Assembly (NCBI GenBank): GCA_016933055.1
Contig: JAFGBS010000004.1
Span: forward strand, 215,350 to 239,349
Source: Promethearchaeota archaeon
GTDB lineage: Archaea > Asgardarchaeota > Lokiarchaeia > Sigyniarchaeales > Promethearchaeaceae
Length of the DNA: 24,000 nt
Reading direction: 5' to 3'
The position numbers were made by a program, and so were the translations under genes. The notes under the pieces are model-generated. The model saw only the letters and a program-made list of their open reading frames with translations, ran no database searches and was not told the DNA's origin. Shown piece by piece: positions 18,374 through 24,000 of the stretch; within the stretch, counting starts at the first letter, position 1; each line of letters starts with the position of its first letter.

Positions 18374-19192
18374 TTGGTGATGTACATGTCAGTTTTTGAA
18401 TTGTTCATGTGGATTAATTTCTCTATAATCATTTTTATAATTGGTATCATTTTAAGTGCAAAACTAATGCAATATTTCAGAAGATGGGGGATTTCCAAAG
18501 AAGCTAGCAACAATTACGAGGTTAATTTTTACGAAATATTAGTTAACAACACAAAGTTGAATCTAAAATATTATCGCATTAAAAATAACAACCAATCGGA
18601 AAATAAAAAATTATTAGTTTTTACTCCTTTCTCTGTGTCATGTAAGCGTTTTTTATATTTTGCAACTGCACTTGCTCTGAATAGCTATGACGTGATATTG
18701 GTTGAAAGTAGGCGTTTTATCAAACTTTGTTCAAAATTGCATAATCCGAAGGAACCTATCGTTGAATTGATTCAAAATTTTGCTCCTACATACATCATAG
18801 CAGGGGATATGATGTATCCGATATTGGTCAAAACTACCGACCAACTAAATTTGAGATACGTTTTTATTCGTCCAATTTTAGATTACACTGAATTATCATT
18901 GTTTCGTAGTATCCCGTTCAGTGGGCGTTGGTTTCTAGTTTTGAGTTTGCGTTTATTCAGAATCAATCAATTTCTAAAGAAATTGGGGACTTCCCACACA
19001 ATTCGTGATCAAATAAATTCACACATTAATGCAAAATCTTTGATGATTTATCCTAAACTCCCTTTCAGAAAGAAATCTGTAAAAAAAATGCTGAATTATC
19101 CAAATAATGAAGTGTATGTGCTTTCCTCGCGATTTTCGTTTCGAAATTACGAAACAATTGTATTTGGGACAATTCTTCGTTTCATTTCATAA
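18374..19192 (+). CDS. Hypothetical protein with N-terminal membrane anchor
   Basis: 272-aa ORF; N-terminal hydrophobic helix (WINFSIIIFIIGIILSAKL). No family recognised. The true start may be the ATG at 18380 or 18386, since 18374 is TTG. Confidence 0.55.
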   Translation: MVMYMSVFELFMWINFSIIIFIIGIILSAKLMQYFRRWGISKEASNNYEVNFYEILVNNTKLNLKYYRIKNNNQSENKKLLVFTPFSVSCKRFLYFATALALNSYDVILVESRRFIKLCSKLHNPKEPIVELIQNFAPTYIIAGDMMYPILVKTTDQLNLRYVFIRPILDYTELSLFRSIPFSGRWFLVLSLRLFRINQFLKKLGTSHTIRDQINSHINAKSLMIYPKLPFRKKSVKKMLNYPNNEVYVLSSRFSFRNYETIVFGTILRFIS

Positions 19193-19952
19193 GTCGTCTT
19201 CTGACAATCACGTTTGTGTCTGCGATTTTTTTTAATTCTTCTTCAAAATTTTGATTGAGACTCAGATCTTTTTTCAAGAAAACCCCCGTTCGCCCGGTTT
19301 TGTCTCGTCTTAATAAAACTCGCTTTCGAATTGTGATGATTTTTGGTTGAACAACCATTAGTTTTCGTGCCAGTGCTTCGTTGCCGATTAGGCTCATTTC
19401 TCGATGACCAGACTGGTTAGGGATGATTAATGTTAAACTTTTTGTGATTCCCGGAACTCGAGCGTCATTCTGCAGACCTATTTTATCAATTGCTCCTCCA
19501 AATCTATAAAAATCCAAGGCTATGTCATTCATGTTCGTCATAAAAAATGAAATAGTTACCGAGTTAGGTAAAAATAAGTGACCTTTTATTGCATCGCCGG
19601 GTGTAGCTTGAACAATTTGCTTACCTATTATCTGTAGATCTGCTTTCTCCAACGCGAATTCGATTTTAAAAGATGAGAGTTTATTTAAAATGACTATATC
19701 TAAGTCACTGAGTGGATTTATATCTCCTCGGGCAACACTTCCGTAGATTAAATATTGAAAATCTGCTTTTTGCAGTGGTGATGCAATATTTTTTGCAAAA
19801 TTCCTTATGTTTTTAAAGAGTCCCCATTGTTCTGCATTGTATTCTATTATTCGGTCAATGGGTGAGTATTTTACCTTTGAACGGGGCATGGAACAAAATC
19901 CGGAGATGGAACCTTCTCCATGTTTTGGTAATATCTTGTGAATAAAAAACAT
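19182..19952 (-). CDS. Nucleotidyltransferase-domain protein (Pol beta-like superfamily)
   Basis: 256 aa. FQYLIYGSVARGDINPLSDLDIVIL is a nucleotidyltransferase GS-x(n)-DxD motif. The start could be internal (MPRSKVKYSP). Confidence 0.78.
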   Translation of the reverse strand: MFFIHKILPKHGEGSISGFCSMPRSKVKYSPIDRIIEYNAEQWGLFKNIRNFAKNIASPLQKADFQYLIYGSVARGDINPLSDLDIVILNKLSSFKIEFALEKADLQIIGKQIVQATPGDAIKGHLFLPNSVTISFFMTNMNDIALDFYRFGGAIDKIGLQNDARVPGITKSLTLIIPNQSGHREMSLIGNEALARKLMVVQPKIITIRKRVLLRRDKTGRTGVFLKKDLSLNQNFEEELKKIADTNVIVRRRLMK

Positions 19953-20076
19953 TGCAGTTCTTGGAATTCCTGGAAGTCATCTCTCAGTAGCAGTCGAATC
20001 TACAAGTTCTATAAGTGTAATTAGATCTCTCCTAACGCTTGAAGTTGAATTGTAATAAACGAAAAAGAAAAAATTT

Positions 20077-20185
20077 CGGGCCTTGAGGGATATTCGGAAA
20101 ATTATACACTACACGATAATTATCTATCGAACCCCCGACCAACGGATTAAGAGTCCGCCACTCTACCTGTCTGAGCTAAAGGCCC
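20077..20185 (-). tRNA. tRNA-Lys(CTT) interrupted by a 35-nt intron in the T-loop
   Basis: Minus strand GGGCCTT...AAGGCCC acceptor; D-arm GCTC-AGACAGGTA-GAGT; anticodon arm GCGGA-CTCTTAA-TCCGT; T-stem GGGGG/CCCTC reforms only after removing 35 nt. Mature T-loop TTCGATT; discriminator G. Confidence 0.93.
20091..20125 (-). other. Predicted tRNA intron, non-canonical T-loop position 59/60 of tRNA-Lys(CTT)
   Basis: Intron AGATAATTATCGTGTAGTGTATAATTTTCCGAATA. Central helix TTCG/CGAA, 3-nt bulges AT|A and TA|T, inner helix GATAATTAT/ATAATTTTC with one T-T mismatch. Confidence 0.88.
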
Positions 20186-20265
20186 ATAAATATTGTAGGG
20201 GTTGGTAGAGTAAAAATACAATATTATAGCACCTAAAAAAATTTTATGGAAATATAAAAGATGAT

Positions 20266-21390
20266 TTAGAGAATAGGAGTAAACTCACATACTTCATACA
20301 ATTCAGCTCTACGGAATGGCAAAATTTCATATAATCCTCCAGATACCTTGTTATCTTTAATTAGACGCATTGAATTTTCATCTTCTGATAGAAACCATGG
20401 AAGATCTAAAGATAATTTTCCAGAATCTTCGGTCAAAGCCATCATTGATTTTGGAATTCGGATTTTTCTTCGCAGCTGGGCATATAATCGATTCACTTGA
20501 TCGATTGTACCGCTTACTCGTAGGAAAATTAATGTCCCGTCTTTAGTAACTTCTTCATACGGGTATTTTATGGATTCTGCTCTACGTTTGTACCGATTAC
20601 GAAGTTGGGTTCCGTCTTTCAGCGCAACTGAGCAAAAATGCACAGAAATTGTGTATCTGTCAGGAAGTTCCGTGAGAATTTTATAAGCAAGTTCTTTACT
20701 TCCCTCTACGGAGGCGATAGAATCCTCTTTAATTTTAAATCCTCTTTTGAGTAATTCTTTATGATTTGGTTCGTTCATCTCGAATTCATTGAAATTTACA
20801 AAGTCCACCCCGATATTATCCAAATAATCAATTAAATTCCAAAGATATTCCTCATGTTCTGGAGTAGGAATGACTGGAACTTCTGCTCCGACTCGCATTC
20901 CTCTATCTAATGCATATTGGATACGATGAAAATCTTTTTCTGCGGGATGAAACCGAATTTCATCCAGACCCGCTTCCATTAAATCATCCGCAATTAACGG
21001 AGTGAAATTAACACCTGAGGTATACAAGTGAATATGAAACGAATCTCCAAATTCATTCTTCAACTCCTCAATGTAAAATAAACTTAACTCCCTCTGGTCT
21101 TCATTGAATAATGGATCTCCTCCCGTGATGCTAGCACCGAATGCTTTAATGAGTTTAGCCTCTTCGATGATGTCTTTTGGACCGTTTGCCAGAATCTCAT
21201 CAGCGAAAATTAAATCACTCCCCTTACGTCGTTCAGAGATCGGGCAGTACCAAGAACATCGCTTTGGATTAGAACATTTTCCTCCAATGAATAAAACCAG
21301 TTTTTGACCCCGATGACATAACTGGCACCCTAAAGGGAGAGTTCCCACATATAGGGATCCTGAGTCCGAATTAATTACTGGTCTCTTCAT
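20266..21390 (-). CDS. Radical SAM protein related to pyruvate formate-lyase activating enzymes (possibly COG2108-like)
   Basis: 374 aa. GCQLCHRGQKLVLFIGGKCSNPKRCSWYCPIS cysteine cluster, GASITGGDPLF, HLYTSGVNF, LDEIRFHP, EVPVIPTPE. Confidence 0.85.
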   Translation of the reverse strand: MKRPVINSDSGSLYVGTLPLGCQLCHRGQKLVLFIGGKCSNPKRCSWYCPISERRKGSDLIFADEILANGPKDIIEEAKLIKAFGASITGGDPLFNEDQRELSLFYIEELKNEFGDSFHIHLYTSGVNFTPLIADDLMEAGLDEIRFHPAEKDFHRIQYALDRGMRVGAEVPVIPTPEHEEYLWNLIDYLDNIGVDFVNFNEFEMNEPNHKELLKRGFKIKEDSIASVEGSKELAYKILTELPDRYTISVHFCSVALKDGTQLRNRYKRRAESIKYPYEEVTKDGTLIFLRVSGTIDQVNRLYAQLRRKIRIPKSMMALTEDSGKLSLDLPWFLSEDENSMRLIKDNKVSGGLYEILPFRRAELYEVCEFTPIL

Positions 21391-21531
21391 GTTCTATATC
21401 ATCCGTGTTTTGTCATTTCAAATGGATATAACTTATATTATTTCAGCTAATGGAAAATTTGCAAAAAATTTAGTATACGATATAGTTTCATCCGGGATCA
21501 TTTAATTAATAGATTCCTCGGATCAAGAATT

Positions 21532-21605
21532 CGGGCCCACGGGGATTTGAACCCCGGACTAACAGGTTAAAAGCCTGCTGCGCTCCCTGACTGCGCCATG
21601 GGCCC
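21532..21605 (-). tRNA. tRNA-Lys(TTT)
   Basis: Minus strand GGGCCCA/TGGGCCC acceptor; anticodon arm GCAGG-CTTTTAA-CCTGT with anticodon TTT; T-arm CGGGG-TTCAAAT-CCCCG; G discriminator. No intron. Confidence 0.96.
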
Positions 21606-22357
21606 TTATCTCTTCCAAGATCAAGGTTCCGAATGAAATATTATCTTAACTAATATTCTTAACTTACATGTATTGATTTGGTCGAAGAATTATAAATGTG
21701 TTAAAAAACCTCCCATTTTTAAAAAACTTATCGCTAATTCACTCTACGGAATAAATACAGTTGTAGGTTCTCGTATTTCCAAAGCCGATCTGAAATGCGT
21801 GCGTGATTAGAGATTATTTTAGTTATATTTTTTAAGAGGCACCTTTTTATCTCAACGTACATTAATTATACACGTAGTAAATAGACAGACACGTAAAACC
21901 TTATATATTATAAACCAGAATTGTCTTTGTCTTATCTTTTACATTTTACTTCAAAAATCATCAAACCGATAAATGATTCACATTTTCGTAATGATCTAAA
22001 GGTAGAGATAAAATAGGGGTAGATTTCATTCGTGGGCAATATTACCCATTCTATGAACTGTTCTGGTGGTCAGTTCCGACTTTATAACTTTTCACAATCG
22101 TAATTATTATATAGTCGGTTGATCGTAATGTATGTTGCCAATAAATCTTTATGAAGTTGTTAATAGATCTATAGCATGAGCAACTTCAGATGGGTATTAC
22201 TAAGGGTCTATTTATGGTGCTTTATATGCTCCAAAGATCTCGAAAAATACCACCTAATTATCATGAACGGAAATCCAGGTTGGATTTTTGGAGCATGCAA
22301 TTGATATAAGATGTAAAGGTAATTATTGAAAGCTAAAAATAGGTCGAAAACAGAAAA

Positions 22358-23275
22358 ATGATTAATCCATACACCAATTATGACGACGAAATGGGTGAAG
22401 ACGGCGAACCAACCAAGTGTTGCGACAATCCGGACATCGGCGTTTCGGGAGACGGTCTTAATGTATGCAGAAATTGCGGGCTCACATTCGGACAATCCTT
22501 CGTGAGTCAAGAACGTAGAGCATACACTGCTGAGGAAGTGAAACAAAGACGCCGAACCGAACCACGTTTGAGAAGTTATGGTCCTCGTACCGTGATTTCA
22601 ATCGTGAAAACCGATGCCAAAGGGCGACAACTTGCAGCCAAAAAACAAGCTTTATTCGCTCGATTGAGTAAAATTCAAGGTTCTCTCATTAATAGTATCG
22701 AACGGAATTATTGGGAAGCAAAGCCGAAACTTAAGGCACTTGCAACTAAACTAAATGTTCCGGATTATATTATTGAGACTGCATGGAAAATCTATTCAGA
22801 AGTAGCAAAGCAAAAATTAACAATGGGACGTTCCATTGAGGCTTTTGTTTGTGCATCATTGTATGCATCCATTCGAATTCATGATTTTCCACGATTACTC
22901 GAAGAACTCACCGAGGTAGCTATGGTTCAACTCCGAAGTGTTCATCGCTCATTGGGTCTTATTGTGAGAAGTGTACTTCCAGTCTTGGGACTGAAATATC
23001 GTCCTATCTCACCAGAACCATTGATCTTTCGATTCGGAAACGAACTCAGTCTCAGCATCAAGGTGCAAAAAGAAGCTGCAAATCTGTTACGGGCTGCATG
23101 TCGAACAGGGTTGAAAGTCATGGGAAAAGATCCCAAAGGTCTTGCAGCAGCTGCGTTATATATGGCTGCAAAGTCTACACCAGAGAGAAAAACCCAGACC
23201 CAGATTGCAGATATCGCTAAAGTTACTGAAGTTACTTTGCGAACGCGAGCTAAACAAATTAAAGAGCATTTGTAA
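22358..23275 (+). CDS. tfb: Transcription initiation factor IIB (TFB)
   Basis: 305 aa. N-terminal zinc ribbon-like CCDNP...CRNCGLTFG, then two cyclin-like repeats (KLNVPDYIIETAWKIYSEVAKQKLTMGRSIEAFVCASLYASIR; DPKGLAAAALYMAAKSTPERKTQTQIADIAKVTEVTLRTRAKQI). Confidence 0.95.
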   Translation: MINPYTNYDDEMGEDGEPTKCCDNPDIGVSGDGLNVCRNCGLTFGQSFVSQERRAYTAEEVKQRRRTEPRLRSYGPRTVISIVKTDAKGRQLAAKKQALFARLSKIQGSLINSIERNYWEAKPKLKALATKLNVPDYIIETAWKIYSEVAKQKLTMGRSIEAFVCASLYASIRIHDFPRLLEELTEVAMVQLRSVHRSLGLIVRSVLPVLGLKYRPISPEPLIFRFGNELSLSIKVQKEAANLLRAACRTGLKVMGKDPKGLAAAALYMAAKSTPERKTQTQIADIAKVTEVTLRTRAKQIKEHL

Positions 23276-23398
23276 AACCCATTTCTTTTTTTAAACTAAC
23301 TTTTTATTTCTAAAATTCACACTTTTTCTTTCTTATTTAGAATTTTCTTTATGATACGAGAAAATTAAAAAGAGTGAACAAAAGTTAAATGTCGGCAA

Positions 23399-24000
23399 TT
23401 ATCCTTTAGCAACTGCTAAAGGAACTAACCTTACAACTTTTTTCACAATTCCGAGGTCATGAGACACCTGTACCACTTGATCTATGTCTTTATAGGCGTC
23501 TGGTGCTTCAGCTGCAATGACTTTATCCGAAGCAGCTTTTATAGAAATCCCCATCTTATTTAGTTCCTTCCGTACTTCACTTCCCCAATGCTTCTTCATA
23601 GCTTTCGTACGGGAAAGTTCTCTACCTGAGCCATGTGCGGAAGATCCGAAGGAAATTTCCATTGATTTAGGTTGTCCCACGCATAAATACGATGCAGTCC
23701 CCATACTTCCTGGGATCAGAACGGGTTGTCCTACGGATTTATATTTTTCCGCAACATCAGGGTGATTTGGTGGAAATGCTCTTGTAGCACCTTTCCTATG
23801 TACGTTTAATTTCATTCGTTTTCCATCTACATCATGTTCCTCTTTTTTCAAAATATTATGACAGATATCATAAATTAGATGCATATCCATGTCTTCTGGG
23901 TCTTTTTCAAATACCTTTCTAAATGATTCGCGTACCCAATGAGTAATCATCTGTCGATTCGACCAAGCAAAATTCGCTGCAGCACCCATTCGTATAAAAT
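23399..24000 (-). CDS. rtcB: RtcB family tRNA-splicing RNA ligase, C-terminal part (5' end beyond window)
   Basis: GAAANFAWSNRQMI, HRKGATRAFPP, PVLIPGSMGTASYLCVG, SFGSSAHGSGRELSR, EAPDAYKDIDQVV, VVRLVPLAVAKG. The frame stays open past the reported M at 23989 (FIRMGAAANF). Confidence 0.95.
   Translation of the reverse strand, partial: FIRMGAAANFAWSNRQMITHWVRESFRKVFEKDPEDMDMHLIYDICHNILKKEEHDVDGKRMKLNVHRKGATRAFPPNHPDVAEKYKSVGQPVLIPGSMGTASYLCVGQPKSMEISFGSSAHGSGRELSRTKAMKKHWGSEVRKELNKMGISIKAASDKVIAAEAPDAYKDIDQVVQVSHDLGIVKKVVRLVPLAVAKG

Noticed and set aside
20114-20185. Apparent truncated tRNA-Lys pseudogene lacking its T-stem 3' side and acceptor 3' strand
   Set aside because: The missing 3' sequence (CCCTC AAGGCCC G) lies 35 nt further along the minus strand. 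Removing a BHB-type intron restores a full tRNA.
20077-21605. tRNA-Lys(CTT) and tRNA-Lys(TTT) as remnants of mobile element integration (att duplication)
   Set aside because: They are distinct isoacceptors with different acceptor and T-arm sequences. No integrase or direct repeat was found between them.
21950-21975. Possible minus-strand box C/D small RNA (TGATGA in GTTTGATGATTTTTG)
   Set aside because: No matching D box (CTGA) at suitable spacing or terminal stem was found. A single C-like hexamer is expected by chance.
22208-22546. Minus-strand ORF overlapping the TFB start
   Set aside because: Overlaps the conserved TFB 5' end and has low-complexity, non-family-like composition.
23517-23765. 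Plus-strand ORF opposite rtcB
   Set aside because: Antisense to strongly conserved RtcB sequence.
1-24000. CRISPR arrays, transposases, integrases, toxin-antitoxin or defence gene clusters
   Set aside because: No regularly spaced repeats and no matching protein signatures were seen. The nucleotidyltransferase at 19182-19952 has no HEPN-like partner beside it.

Overview
This 24-kb AT-rich window reads as a mostly ordinary archaeal chromosomal segment. The phylum cannot be fixed from sequence alone; an Asgard-like origin is only an inference. Core genes are: the divergent N-terminus of the DNA polymerase D large subunit (DP2, partial, not in the ORF track) facing a complete small subunit (DP1); purL and purQ; a SIRT6/7-like sirtuin; orc1/cdc6; a ThiL-like kinase; transporters; a flavin-dependent reductase; CutA; a radical SAM protein; TFB; and a partial RtcB RNA ligase. 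Five tRNA genes lie on the minus strand. No CRISPR array, phage, transposon or defence island was recognised. The strongest second-look signals are two tRNA genes interrupted at non-canonical sites. tRNA-Leu(GAG) has a ~20-nt intron in the 5' anticodon stem (30/31). tRNA-Lys(CTT) has a 35-nt intron inside the T-loop (59/60). Both form bulge-helix-bulge-like folds by hand pairing. Other points of interest: a near-perfect inverted repeat flanking an AT-rich segment upstream of orc1/cdc6 (candidate origin element), a radical SAM protein with a CX5CX3C motif, a TFB with an atypical zinc ribbon, a PurL with an N-terminal PurS-like extension, and a long unexplained intergenic region before TFB. I did not find convincing evidence of a new multi-gene system.
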